The position numbers and the translations under genes are program-made. This document shows, piece by piece, positions 54,618 through 63,987 of a stretch of 64,000 nt of DNA (positions are counted from its first letter, which is position 1; every line of letters starts with the position of its first letter). The stretch lies in NCBI GenBank assembly GCA_964652365.1, contig CAZZCT010000001.1, positions 1,593-65,592 on the forward strand, written 5' to 3'. The DNA comes from an uncultured Lentisphaerales bacterium (GTDB taxonomy: Bacteria; Verrucomicrobiota; Kiritimatiellia; RFP12; CAZZCT01). The notes beneath the pieces were generated by a model that saw nothing but the letters and a program-made list of their open reading frames with translations, searched no databases and had not been told where the DNA came from.

Positions 54618-55751
54618 TCAGAAACCGTGCAATTCAAAGAAGTCGCGGCGGTACCCTTCGAGGTCCACCAGTTCTGCCACCGACTCCGGGGTCGCGGCCG
54701 CAACCCGGCGGGCCACCTCGGCCTGCACGTCGGCGCGCATCTCCCAGTCGTCCAGGCGGATGCGGCCCTCGGCATCCACCGCCACCGGTTGCCCACTGTA
54801 GAGCCGCTCGCGGAACAGGCGGCGCATCTGGTCGAGACAGTCCTCGTGCAGTCCCAGATCCTTCATCACGCGGTACAGGGCGGCAATGTAGAGTGGCATG
54901 GCCGGGATCACCGCGCTGGCGCGCGTCACCAGGGCCTTGTTGACCGCCACGTAGGCCCGGCCCGCCCATGTGGAGAGCGTGGCGTCGAGCGTTCGGGCCG
55001 TGGCCTCCAGGTGCGCCTTGGCCTGTCCGAGCGCGCCGGTGCGGTAGATGGCCTGGGTGGTCTCCGGACCCACATACGAGAAGGCGACCGTGCGCACACC
55101 CGGTGCCAGCCGGCCGGCCGCCTGCAGGGCTTCAATCCACAACTGCCAATCCTCGCCGCCCATGACCTTGACCGTGTCGTGGATCTCCTCGTCGGTGGCC
55201 GAAGCCACCACCACGCGCCGCATGGAGCCGGCGGCCACATCCAGCGTCACGCCTTCAAAGGTCTGGCCAATCGGCTTGAGCGTCGAGCGGTGCACGTGAC
55301 CGGTGACCGGGTCCGTGCGCACCGGCGCCGCCAGACTGTAGATGACCAGATCGAAGGGCTCGAAGCCCTGGGCGCGCGCCGTGTCGATCACACGGGACTT
55401 CGACTCAGTCAGGAAGGCATCCCCTATCAGGGTCGCGCAGATCAAACCGCCGGCCTGGGCCGCGGCATCAAAGGCCAGGTTATTGTACCAACCAGGGGAT
55501 CCGTGACCCTCCGGCGTGGGCGCCCGTTCGTAGGAGACGCCGAAGGTCTGCGCCCCGCAACCAAACGCAGCTTCGATCCGCGCCGCCAGCCCGTATCCGC
55601 CCGAAGCACCGAGCACCAGGACCGACCGCGGTCCGGCCGTCAGTCGCGGGCCTGCCGCCGCGGCCGCAATCCGCGCCTGGACCGCACGCATGCAACCTTC
55701 GGGACTGACCCCCACGCAGACACCGTTACGGACTCTGGGCTCGGCCGCCAT
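54618..55751 (-). CDS. fabV: trans-2-enoyl-CoA / enoyl-ACP reductase, FabV/TER family
   Basis: N-terminal PRVRNGVCVGVSPEGCMRAV, VLVLGASGGYGLA, VIYSLAAP, AFSYVGPE, YRTGALGQAKAHLE. The ATG overlaps the fabZ stop by 1 nt (TGATG). Confidence 0.85.
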   Translation of the reverse strand: MAAEPRVRNGVCVGVSPEGCMRAVQARIAAAAAGPRLTAGPRSVLVLGASGGYGLAARIEAAFGCGAQTFGVSYERAPTPEGHGSPGWYNNLAFDAAAQAGGLICATLIGDAFLTESKSRVIDTARAQGFEPFDLVIYSLAAPVRTDPVTGHVHRSTLKPIGQTFEGVTLDVAAGSMRRVVVASATDEEIHDTVKVMGGEDWQLWIEALQAAGRLAPGVRTVAFSYVGPETTQAIYRTGALGQAKAHLEATARTLDATLSTWAGRAYVAVNKALVTRASAVIPAMPLYIAALYRVMKDLGLHEDCLDQMRRLFRERLYSGQPVAVDAEGRIRLDDWEMRADVQAEVARRVAAATPESVAELVDLEGYRRDFFELHGF

Positions 55752-56167
55752 CAGCCTTTCCCCACGACGCAGACCCACTCGGCCTCGGCTGCGAGTTCAT
55801 CGTCCACCCAGACCTTCCCCCGCTGGCGAACCAGGCGACGCGTGACCTTGATATTCTCAACGTCAATCCGAACCGTGTCGCCCGGGCGCACCTGTCGGCG
55901 GAACTTGACCGTCGAAACCGATGCCAGGAAGATGATCTGGCTGGTGCACAGGCCGGCTTTGACGACGCCCGCGCCCCCGCACTGGGCCATGCTCTCGATC
56001 AGAATAACCCCCGGCACGACCGGGTACTCCGGGAAGTGACCGGCAAAGAAGTACTCGTCCGGACCGAAGTGATGCGTGCCGGTGTAGCCGCCGTCGTCGC
56101 GCACGTCGATCTGGTCCAGGAACAGGAAAGGCTTGCGGTGCGGCAGGAGTTGTTCGACGCCATTCAT
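55751..56167 (-). CDS. fabZ: 3-hydroxyacyl-ACP dehydratase FabZ-like
   Basis: LLPHRKPFLFLD and FAGHFPEYPVVPGVILIESMAQ. The ATG at 56167 overlaps the fabF stop as ATGA. The track ORF (to 56623) is an Arg-rich extension. Confidence 0.85.
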   Translation of the reverse strand: MNGVEQLLPHRKPFLFLDQIDVRDDGGYTGTHHFGPDEYFFAGHFPEYPVVPGVILIESMAQCGGAGVVKAGLCTSQIIFLASVSTVKFRRQVRPGDTVRIDVENIKVTRRLVRQRGKVWVDDELAAEAEWVCVVGKG

Positions 56168-57414
56168 CCTTGGTGTCTCCGGAACGCGAGCACCCCGTTG
56201 TGCCCGCCAAAACCGAGCGAACCCGACAGGGCCACGTCGATCGGCCCGCGTACGCCCTGATTGGGGACGTAGTCGAGGTCGCAGCCGGCTTCCAGGTCGG
56301 GGTTGTCCAGATTGATGGTCGGTGGGTAGAAACCGTCCCGAATGGCAAGGATACAGATGAGCGCCTCGATCGCGCCGGCAGCGGCGATGCAGTGGCCGGT
56401 CATGCTCTTGGTGCTCGACACCTTCATGCAACGCACATGCTCGCCGAAGGCCCGCTTGAGCATCTTGGTTTCGAGCGGGTCGTTGACCGGGGTGGACGTG
56501 CCATGGGCATTGTAGTACTGCACCTGCTCGGGGGTCAGCCCCGCGTCGTCCAGGGCACGCTGAATGGCGCGAGCTCCGGACTCGCCGGTGGGGTCGGGTG
56601 CGGTCAGGTGGAAGGCATCGCACGTGCCGCCGTATCCAGCCAACTCGGCGTAGATGCGGGCGCCCCGGCGACGGGCATGCTCCAGTTCCTCGAGCACCAG
56701 GACCGCCGCGCCCTCACCCATCACGAATCCGTCGCGATCCTTGTCAAAGGGGCGGCTGGCACGCTCGGGCTGGTCGTTGTAGCGCGTCGACAGCGCTTTG
56801 AGAACCTGGAACCCGGCGATGCCGAACCCCGTCAGCGTCGATTCCGTGCCTCCGGACAGGCAGATGTCGCTGCGTCCGCTGCGAATCTGATCCAGCGCCA
56901 TGCCCAAGGCATCCGAGCCGGCCGCACAGGCCGTCACCACAGTCAGGGCCGGTCCCTTGAGGCCAAAGGCGATGGCCATGTTGCCGGCAGCCTCGTTGGC
57001 AATCGCCATCGGCACGGTCAACGGCAGGATGCGCCGCGGTCCCTGGCTGAAGTACTTGCCAAAGGACTCCTCCAGGATTTCGTAGCCGCCGATGCCATTG
57101 CCCATTACCACGCCGGTGCGCGTGGCGTCGAACTGTCCCGGCGCCAGCCCGGCGTCCGTGAGCGCCTGGGAGGCCGAGGCCACCGCGTACTGGGTGAAAA
57201 GCCCCATCTTACGCGCCGCCTTAGGCTCGATCCACTTCTCCGGCTGAAAATCCTTCACTTCGGCGGCGACGCGTGCCTCCAGCGCGGACGCATCGAAGCG
57301 CGTGATCGGGCCGATCCCGCTCTTGCCAGCCTGGATCGCACTCCAGAAGGTGGCGACGTCGTTACCCAGGGGGTTAATCGTGCCCAGTCCAGTGACAACC
57401 ACGCTGCGTTTCAT
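56164..57414 (-). CDS. fabF: 3-oxoacyl-ACP synthase II
   Basis: VVVTGLGTINPLGN, active-site Cys context VVTACAAGS, NAHGTSTPVND, GFGGHNG. Confidence 0.9.
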   Translation of the reverse strand: MKRSVVVTGLGTINPLGNDVATFWSAIQAGKSGIGPITRFDASALEARVAAEVKDFQPEKWIEPKAARKMGLFTQYAVASASQALTDAGLAPGQFDATRTGVVMGNGIGGYEILEESFGKYFSQGPRRILPLTVPMAIANEAAGNMAIAFGLKGPALTVVTACAAGSDALGMALDQIRSGRSDICLSGGTESTLTGFGIAGFQVLKALSTRYNDQPERASRPFDKDRDGFVMGEGAAVLVLEELEHARRRGARIYAELAGYGGTCDAFHLTAPDPTGESGARAIQRALDDAGLTPEQVQYYNAHGTSTPVNDPLETKMLKRAFGEHVRCMKVSSTKSMTGHCIAAAGAIEALICILAIRDGFYPPTINLDNPDLEAGCDLDYVPNQGVRGPIDVALSGSLGFGGHNGVLAFRRHQG

Positions 57415-57557
57415 TACTGCTCCTCATCCATCACATCAGCCCGCGGGCCGCTAAAGCCCAAGCCTGTCAATCCTGTCCAACGCGGGCCTGCACCCGCAGC
57501 CTAATCGATCGGTTAGGCCTATCCGAGTACGGGTGGCGGCGCAGCCGCGCGGCAGGC

Positions 57558-58550
57558 TTACCACCGGATCAAGGCTCCGCCATAGGTCAACCCGCCGCCA
57601 AACCCCACGCAGAGAATCAGATCGCCGCGCTTCAGACCACCCGATTGCTCGAGATCCGACAGCGCGATCGGAATCGTTCCGGCCGAGGTGTTGGCGCGTT
57701 GCTCGAGATTCATGTAGAACTTCGAGACATCAATGCCCATCTGGCTGGCCGCGCCCTGGATGATGCGTTCGTTGGCCTGGTGCGGCACGATCCGGGCCAC
57801 CTGGTCCAGCGTGAGATTCGCCTCGGCCAGAAGTCGGCGAACGACCTCCGGCAGGGCGCGGATCGCGAAGGCATAGACCTTCTTGCCCGCCATCTCGAGG
57901 ATCGGCGGCTTGCGGTTGTCCATGCCCGTCAGGTAGGTGTGGGCCGTACCACCGTTGCGCACGATGATCGCCTCGTAGCTGTCGCCGTCGGCCCCCATGC
58001 AGCAGTTTAGGATGCCCCGGTCAGGCTCGTCGGAAAGCTCCAGCACGGCCGCGCCGGCGCCATCGCCGAACAGGACGCAGGTGTTGCGGTCCTTCCAGTC
58101 CACCACGCGCGACAGCACCTCGCCGCCGATCACCAGCGCGCGCCGCGCCAGCCCCTGTAGCATGAGGCCCTTGGCCGTCGCCAGCCCGCAGATGAACCCC
58201 GTGCAGGCCGCCAGCACGTCAAAGGCGATGGCGCCGCTGGGCACCCCCAGCTTGTGCTGCACCACGCAGGCCGTCGACGGGCAGCCGATATAGTCGCCCG
58301 TGATCGTCGCCACGACGATCAGATCCACGTCGCTGGGCTGCAGGTTGGCCTTGGCCAGCGCATCGCGCGCTGCCAGCACGCAAAGGTCTGAGGTCGCCTG
58401 CCCCTCGGCGGCAATGTGCCTCCAGCCGATGCCCGTATGCGACCGGATCCACGCATCCGACGTATCCAGAGTCTTGGCCAGTTCTTCGTTCGGAACCCGC
58501 CGATCGGGCAGACCCGCACCGACGGAACGGATGATCACACTCTTTGGCAT
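57558..58550 (-). CDS. fabH: 3-oxoacyl-ACP synthase III
   Basis: AWIRSHTGI, active-site Cys context LAACTGFICGL, VPHQANERI, VGFGGGLTYG. Confidence 0.9.
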   Translation of the reverse strand: MPKSVIIRSVGAGLPDRRVPNEELAKTLDTSDAWIRSHTGIGWRHIAAEGQATSDLCVLAARDALAKANLQPSDVDLIVVATITGDYIGCPSTACVVQHKLGVPSGAIAFDVLAACTGFICGLATAKGLMLQGLARRALVIGGEVLSRVVDWKDRNTCVLFGDGAGAAVLELSDEPDRGILNCCMGADGDSYEAIIVRNGGTAHTYLTGMDNRKPPILEMAGKKVYAFAIRALPEVVRRLLAEANLTLDQVARIVPHQANERIIQGAASQMGIDVSKFYMNLEQRANTSAGTIPIALSDLEQSGGLKRGDLILCVGFGGGLTYGGALIRW

Positions 58551-58919
58551 GTTGCCTCTCAGGTTTCAGCCCTCTCAAGCGACACGGCCGCACGGTTTAG
58601 ACAAAACAGCCCCGCATGTCAACCGCTAACCACTGCCAAGGCCGCCAGTGGACAGCCGGCAAGCCACCCGCGCGCCGCCGGGACGGCACGGGTCCGGTTA
58701 GCCCGCCGGCCAGCCACGGTCATCCGCCGCGCCGGGACCGCCACCCGGCCGAAGAGCGCAGGCACGAAAGAAGAGATTATAGGCCCTAACCATGCCCTCA
58801 CGCCACCCCAAACAATGCCCGTCGGGCCGCCATGCTCCGGAGGGTCCGGAGACCTGTTCCGTCCCGACCGCCAGAGCGCTCCGCATTTGACCCTGATGGA
58901 CTGGTTTGGTATCATTTTC

Positions 58920-59030
58920 CTGAGGCTCGTGCAGGACCCCTGCAAGAGCCGGGAAACAGGGTTCAGGGTGTCAGGGTTCAGGTGGAAATCGCATCCTGAA
59001 CCCCGAACCCTGACCCCTCCGCTTGCACAA
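58920..59030. repeat. nested-palindrome GGGTTCR-heptamer repeat element, copy B (inverted relative to copy A)
   Basis: Its reverse complement aligns with 12988..13100 from TTGTGC.. to ..GAGCC-CTCAG. Intergenic between fabH and the trypsin-fold gene. Confidence 0.75.
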
Positions 59031-59065
59031 ACCGGAGGTTTTGCAGGCGCCTCACCTATTAGACG

Positions 59066-60400
59066 ATGGCCGGCAACCGCACCACCGTTGGGACACGAGA
59101 CTCGACGATGTCGCAAGCATCCTCCAGATCGACGACACGCTGCATCGCCTGGCTGGCGGTGCAGTTTGCCATGCTCTGCCCGCCAGCCGTCGCCGTCGTC
59201 TTCACCGCAGCGGTCAACGACCCGGCCCATAACACCACCGCGCCAACCGGCAGCCTGGCCGGCAGCGGCTGGGAGTGCACGGTCCCGATCGGCGGATTCC
59301 TGGGAACCTTCATCCATTCGAACGCCATGTTGGTGGCCAAACATGCCGGACTGGGCGTGGGCAACACATTTTCCTGGCAGAGCACCACCTACACCGTCAC
59401 CGGCCGCGTAGACGCGGCCGGCGGGGCCAGCGACCTGCGGGTCCTCTTCTTCAATGGCGCAGTCACAAATGTGGCCCGACTGAACATTGAGCCGGACGAG
59501 GTCGGCCGCTGGACCGTGGTACAGGGACGCGGCTTGGACCGCGGCGCCGTTGTGACCACCGGCGGCTACACCAACGGCTGGAAGTGGGGCAGCGCCGGGT
59601 TCATCCGGCGCTGGGGGGTCAACCAGTTCGGCGGCCTGGCCGACTACGCGAGCAACGGCGACGAACTGCTGTCGTGGGCCACGTTTGACGCGGGTGCCCA
59701 CGCGGACGAGTGCATGCTCTCGGCCTACGACAGCTCGGGGCCTTCGTTCGTCCAGACGCCAACCGGTTGGCGTTTCGCCGGGGTCAGCTACGCGGTCTGG
59801 CCCTCGGTCTTCAGTCCGACCGGCAGTTCCACGAACGAGTACTCCGCCACGTTGTACGACTGCGGTGGCCTGTATTACAAGTCCGGCTTGTCGTGGGTCT
59901 ACGTGACACCTGAAGCCTGGCGCCAGCCGTGTGCGTTCTATGTCAGCCGCGTGGCGCCGCGGATTGCCTGGATCACCAACGTGGTGGATGGCATCACCTT
60001 CCCGGCCGATGTGGGCCTGTCGTGGCGCGCCAGCAGCACCTCCGCGTGGGACCTGGCCCGCGGCGTGACCTACACGCTGACCGCGACTAACCGCGGCCCC
60101 TACATCGCCCGTAACCTGTCGATTGCGCTGGACTGGGCCGACGGGTTGCGGCTCCTGTCGGTCCAGGCCACAACCGGCAGCTATCAGACGGTCACCCACC
60201 GCTGGAATCTGCCGGCGCTGGCGGACGGCGGTGGCGCCGAGCTCATGGCGCGGGCGGTGGTCTGGCGCACCACGCCCATGTTCGGCACCAACCTGGCAAC
60301 CGTAGCCGCCTGTGACAAGCCCGACCCAAGCCCGGCCGACAACGCCGCCCGCTTCGAGGTGCGCGTGGCGCCGACCGCCACCCTGCTGCTCGTGCGGTAA
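59066..60400 (+). CDS. secreted trypsin-fold (S1-like) protein with C-terminal DUF11/CARDB-like domain
   Basis: Signal-like CIAWLAVQFAMLCPPAVAVVFTAAV. His/Asp/Ser contexts MLVAKHAG, ASDLRVLFF, SAYDSSGPSF (cf. GDSGGP). C-terminal YTLTATNRGPYIARNLSI. Alternative start at 59108. Confidence 0.6.
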   Translation: MAGNRTTVGTRDSTMSQASSRSTTRCIAWLAVQFAMLCPPAVAVVFTAAVNDPAHNTTAPTGSLAGSGWECTVPIGGFLGTFIHSNAMLVAKHAGLGVGNTFSWQSTTYTVTGRVDAAGGASDLRVLFFNGAVTNVARLNIEPDEVGRWTVVQGRGLDRGAVVTTGGYTNGWKWGSAGFIRRWGVNQFGGLADYASNGDELLSWATFDAGAHADECMLSAYDSSGPSFVQTPTGWRFAGVSYAVWPSVFSPTGSSTNEYSATLYDCGGLYYKSGLSWVYVTPEAWRQPCAFYVSRVAPRIAWITNVVDGITFPADVGLSWRASSTSAWDLARGVTYTLTATNRGPYIARNLSIALDWADGLRLLSVQATTGSYQTVTHRWNLPALADGGGAELMARAVVWRTTPMFGTNLATVAACDKPDPSPADNAARFEVRVAPTATLLLVR

Positions 60401-60434
60401 GGCGCTGACCAACGCGCGTGGCTGAGCAGCCCCT

Positions 60435-60452
60435 CACACTTTATAAAGTGTG
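60435..60452. promoter_or_regulatory. perfect 18-bp palindrome CACACTTTATAAAGTGTG, copy 1
   Basis: Read directly. AT-rich centre in a GC-rich context. Lies 35 nt after the upstream stop and ~270 nt before the GH94 ATG. Confidence 0.4.
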
Positions 60453-60486
60453 GTCATGCCACCTGCCACCCCGCTATGTCCCCACT

Positions 60487-60504
60487 CACACTTTATAAAG
60501 TGTG
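60487..60504. promoter_or_regulatory. perfect 18-bp palindrome CACACTTTATAAAGTGTG, copy 2
   Basis: Identical to copy 1, 52 nt centre to centre. The flanks are also similar (CYCACACTTTATAAAGTGTGRT). Confidence 0.4.
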
Positions 60505-60718
60505 ATTACACGACGCGATGGGGCCGCGAACTCCGGCTTGGCCCTGGCGTGTGACAGGTTCCGGATAGAGTGGCAGAAGCGAACGTGAACGCGGCGAGAC
60601 CGACCTTTTCTTGGTGTTGACGGGACCGCAAGACGCTAACATTCGCTCCGCCTGCACGCGCTGTGCGTGCGGATCGCGAAACAGCACGGCGGGCAGCCCC
60701 CGCCAGAGGGAGCCCGCC

Positions 60719-63067
60719 ATGGAATTCGGCCATTTCGACGACCGCCAGAGCGCCTTTGAGATCACAACACCCCTGACGCCGCGCCCCTGGATCAACTACC
60801 TCGGCAACCGCCGCCTCCGGGCGTTTGTCAGCCAGCAGGCCGGCGGTCTGCTGTGGCACCGCGAGCCGCACGCCCAGCGCATCACCCGTTACCACTACCT
60901 CGCCCCGCCCGCCGACCGCCCGGGCTTTTACCTCTACGTGCGCGACGCGCGCGATGGCCGTGTCTGGAATCCCCACTTTGCGCCGACCTGTACCCCGCTG
61001 GACCACTACGCCTGCCGTCACCAGCCCGGCCGGACCGCGTTCAGCGGCCGCCGGCGCGGCGTGACGGTATCGGTGAACGTCTTCATCCCGCCGGCCGACG
61101 ACGTGCTGCTCTGGCAGGTGCGCGCACGCAATGCCACCCGCAGCCCCGTGGCGCTCACACTCTGCAGCTACCTGGAGTTCGGTCTGCTGGAGTTCATGCG
61201 CGAGATTCTCGGCTGGTGCTACCTGAAGAGCCACAACCGCTTCTCGTATGACCCCGCCGTGCAGGCTATCCGTTACGATTACCGCGTGTTCGAAGCCCCC
61301 TACGCGCCGCGCATGGCTTTTGGCTGCAGTGCGCCGGTCGCCAGCTACGACTGCTCGCGCGACGCCTTCATTGGAGCCGATGGCTCACTCGAACGACCCG
61401 CAGCCTTCGCGCGCACGGGCGGCCTGACCGACAGCGAATTGCCGCTGGGCGGCCATGGCTGCGGCTGCCTGGCCACAAAACTTGAACTGGCGCCCGGCGC
61501 CGCCGCAGGGCTCAGCTATGTCTTCGCCCTCGGCGAAACCTGGGAGGCCACCGATGCCCTGCTGCGACGCTACTACGAACCGACCCATGTGACGCAAGCC
61601 TCCGCCGAACTCGACGCCTTCTGGGCCGCGCGGTGCGGCCGCTTGCAGGCCACCACCGGCGAGGCCGCAGTCGACCGCTTCGTCAACTGCTGGAATCCCT
61701 ACAACGCCGTGACCGCCCTGGACCTGGCGCGCACGATTTCGACCGATCACATGGGCATGGACGGGCTGCGGTACCGCGACACCACCCAGGACGCCTTGGC
61801 CGTGGCCGCGATCGACCCCGAGTTCGCCGAGCAACGCCTGCTGCAAGTCCTGGCAACCCAGCGTCGCGATGGCGGCGGCTGCTTTGCATTCTACCCGGAT
61901 AACCCCCGTCCGGTCAGCGACGAGCCGCACCGTTCGGACAACACGGTCTGGCAGGTGGACACGGTCCGCGCCCTGATCGCCGAGACCGGCGCCTGGAACC
62001 TGCTGGACCGCCAGGTCCCCTTCCGCGAAGGCGGTGCCGCCCCGGTGTACGAACACCTGCTGCTGGGCCTGCAACACATCCACGCCCGGCGCGGTCCCCG
62101 CGGCCTGCCCCTGCTGTTCGACGCCGACTGGAACGACGGGCTGGCGATCTTCGGCGACCCGCAGGCCGAAAGCGTGATGTTGGGCATGCAGATGGTCGGC
62201 GCCTGCCGCACGCTGGCCAACTGGGCCACGCGACGCAATCGCCCGGAGGACGCGGTCTGGTGCCGGCAGGTCGCGGCCGAACTGAGCGCCGTGCTGAACC
62301 GGCCCCCATGCTGGGACGGCGAGTGGTACGCGCGCCTGCTGCTCAGCAACGGCACGGCAATCGGCTCGCGCGACCGGCGCGAGGGCCGCATCGAACTGAC
62401 CGCGCAATGCTGGGCTGTGATCGCCGGCGTGGCGGACGCCACGCGCGGCCGGCAGGCCATGGATGCCGTGGCTCGGGAACTCGACACCGACCTGGGCATC
62501 CGCCTGCTGGCGCCGCCCTTCACGGGAATCCCGGAACCGGAGGACCCGCCGCGCGGGTCGCTCCCGGGCACCAACGAGAACGGCGGCATCTTCTGCCACG
62601 CCAACACTTGGGCGATCCTCGCCGAAGCCATGCTCGGGAACGCGCCGCAAGCCTGGAAGTACTACCGTCAACTCCTGCCCGAGCATGTCATCGCGCGCGT
62701 CGGCGGCCGGCACTACGAACGCGAGCCCTACGCCTATGTCTCCACGATCGTTGGGCCGCCCAGCGCACGCATGGGCACCGGCGGCATCAGTTGGCTGACC
62801 GGCACCGCCAGCTGGATGTACGTGGTCGCCACGCAGCATCTGCTCGGCGTCGAACCCACGGTTGACGGGCTGCGCCTGCACCCCTGCCTGCCGCCGGAAC
62901 TGGCACACCTGCGCGTGCAACGGACCTTCAGGGGTTGCCGCTACGACATCCGGATCGAGAACCAAGGCCGCGGCCAGGTGACCCTGACACTCGACGGTGA
63001 GCCGCTGGCCGGCAACTGCCTGCCGCTTGTCGACCGGCCCGACTGCCGGGTGCGGTGCGAGTTGTGA
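60719..63067 (+). CDS. GH94-family glycoside phosphorylase (cellobiose/chitobiose/cellodextrin phosphorylase-like)
   Basis: The ATG at 60719 has AGGGAG 7 nt upstream. Motifs: FEITTPLTPRPWINYLGN, WNPYNA, RDGGG, NENGGIFCHANTWAILAEA, SWLTGTASW. Confidence 0.85.
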   Translation: MEFGHFDDRQSAFEITTPLTPRPWINYLGNRRLRAFVSQQAGGLLWHREPHAQRITRYHYLAPPADRPGFYLYVRDARDGRVWNPHFAPTCTPLDHYACRHQPGRTAFSGRRRGVTVSVNVFIPPADDVLLWQVRARNATRSPVALTLCSYLEFGLLEFMREILGWCYLKSHNRFSYDPAVQAIRYDYRVFEAPYAPRMAFGCSAPVASYDCSRDAFIGADGSLERPAAFARTGGLTDSELPLGGHGCGCLATKLELAPGAAAGLSYVFALGETWEATDALLRRYYEPTHVTQASAELDAFWAARCGRLQATTGEAAVDRFVNCWNPYNAVTALDLARTISTDHMGMDGLRYRDTTQDALAVAAIDPEFAEQRLLQVLATQRRDGGGCFAFYPDNPRPVSDEPHRSDNTVWQVDTVRALIAETGAWNLLDRQVPFREGGAAPVYEHLLLGLQHIHARRGPRGLPLLFDADWNDGLAIFGDPQAESVMLGMQMVGACRTLANWATRRNRPEDAVWCRQVAAELSAVLNRPPCWDGEWYARLLLSNGTAIGSRDRREGRIELTAQCWAVIAGVADATRGRQAMDAVARELDTDLGIRLLAPPFTGIPEPEDPPRGSLPGTNENGGIFCHANTWAILAEAMLGNAPQAWKYYRQLLPEHVIARVGGRHYEREPYAYVSTIVGPPSARMGTGGISWLTGTASWMYVVATQHLLGVEPTVDGLRLHPCLPPELAHLRVQRTFRGCRYDIRIENQGRGQVTLTLDGEPLAGNCLPLVDRPDCRVRCEL

Positions 63068-63092
63068 TCGGGATGGTCGCAAATGGCATTCG

Positions 63093-63125
63093 GAAGAGCA
63101 TGGGGACAAAGAGCATGGGGACAGG
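63093..63125. repeat. tandem 2 x AGAGCATGGGGACA (15-nt period)
   Basis: Read directly. Lies between the GH94 stop and the REP cluster. Confidence 0.7.
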
Positions 63126-63150
63126 CAAACAGAACGACTAACTGCGTCGT

Positions 63151-63281
63151 CTCGGCATTCGTAGCCGCCGGCGCCAGCCGGTGGATCATCCCGGCGTCCA
63201 GACCCCATCCACGCGCTGGCGCGCGCGGCTACTGGACCGCGTTGCCTCGGCACCCGTAGCCGCCGGCGCCAGCCGGTGGAT
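63151..63281. repeat. REP cluster upstream of the RayT gene: a-type CTCGGCAYYCGTAGCCGCCGGCGCCAGCCGGTGGAT at 63151..63186 and 63246..63281, inverted b-type ATCCACGCGCTGGCGCGCGCGGCTAC at 63207..63232
   Basis: Two direct copies 95 nt apart with an imperfect inverted partner between them, read directly. Confidence 0.8.
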
Positions 63282-63329
63282 ATCTTGAACGATTGCATCC
63301 TGCAGATTCCGGGGGTAGCATTCCCCATC

Positions 63330-63914
63330 ATGCATTCGATACCCGCGCTGGAATGGCGGAAAGGCACGCTGCCTCGCCTCGCCCCCGAGTACTACCGGGG
63401 TCATGCCTTTGTCTTCTGGACGCATACCATCGAGCAGCGCTGCAAGGACTGGCTTTCACCGTCGTTTTACGCGTGCTTCCGCGAGCTGCTGCTGCATGCC
63501 CTTGCGCGCTACGAGCTCGCCTGCCCAATCTACTGCCTGATGCCGGACCACATCCACCTCGTATGGTTGGGCTTGTCCCCTGCCAGCGATCAGCAGCGCG
63601 CAAGCCAGTTCCTCAGGCAGCACGTGGGACCCTCACTTCTCCCCGCAGCATTTCAGAAGCAGCCGCATGATCACGTCCTGCGGGAGAAGGAACGCGAGCG
63701 CAACGCCTTCCAGAGCACGTGCTACTACGTCCGTGAGAATCCCGTCAGGGCTGGACTGGCCGCCGCATGGGCCGACTACCGTTACAGCGATGCCGTTGTC
63801 CCCGGCTATCCGGAACTCAACGTCCGTGCCGAAGATTTCTGGATACGGTTCTGGCGCGTCTATGCCTATGTGCGCCAACGTAACGAGGGCAAAGCCCTGC
63901 CGCCCCATCCGTAG
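63330..63914 (+). CDS. REP-associated tyrosine transposase (RayT, IS200/IS605 Y1 HUH family)
   Basis: HUH motif in CLMPDHIHLVW and a catalytic-Tyr region CYYVRENPVRAGL. Flanked on both sides by REP copies. The start is uncertain (63276 or 63330). Confidence 0.8.
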   Translation: MHSIPALEWRKGTLPRLAPEYYRGHAFVFWTHTIEQRCKDWLSPSFYACFRELLLHALARYELACPIYCLMPDHIHLVWLGLSPASDQQRASQFLRQHVGPSLLPAAFQKQPHDHVLREKERERNAFQSTCYYVRENPVRAGLAAAWADYRYSDAVVPGYPELNVRAEDFWIRFWRVYAYVRQRNEGKALPPHP

Positions 63915-63922
63915 CCGAGGCT

Positions 63923-63987
63923 CATCCACGCACTGGCGGTCGCATCTGCTCGGGAACGCCCATCCACGCGCTGGCGCGCGCGGCTAC
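63923..63987. repeat. REP copies downstream of the RayT gene (b-like 63923..63946; b-type 63962..63987); the array continues to the window edge
   Basis: CATCCACGCACTGGCGGTCGCATC and ATCCACGCGCTGGCGCGCGCGGCTAC, read directly. Confidence 0.75.

Noticed and set aside
58619-63367. Minus-strand ORFs 58619..60412 (597 aa) and 61385..63367 (660 aa)
   Set aside because: Antisense to the trypsin-fold gene and the GH94 gene, which have recognisable motifs. Both are Arg/Gly/Ala/Pro-rich shadows.
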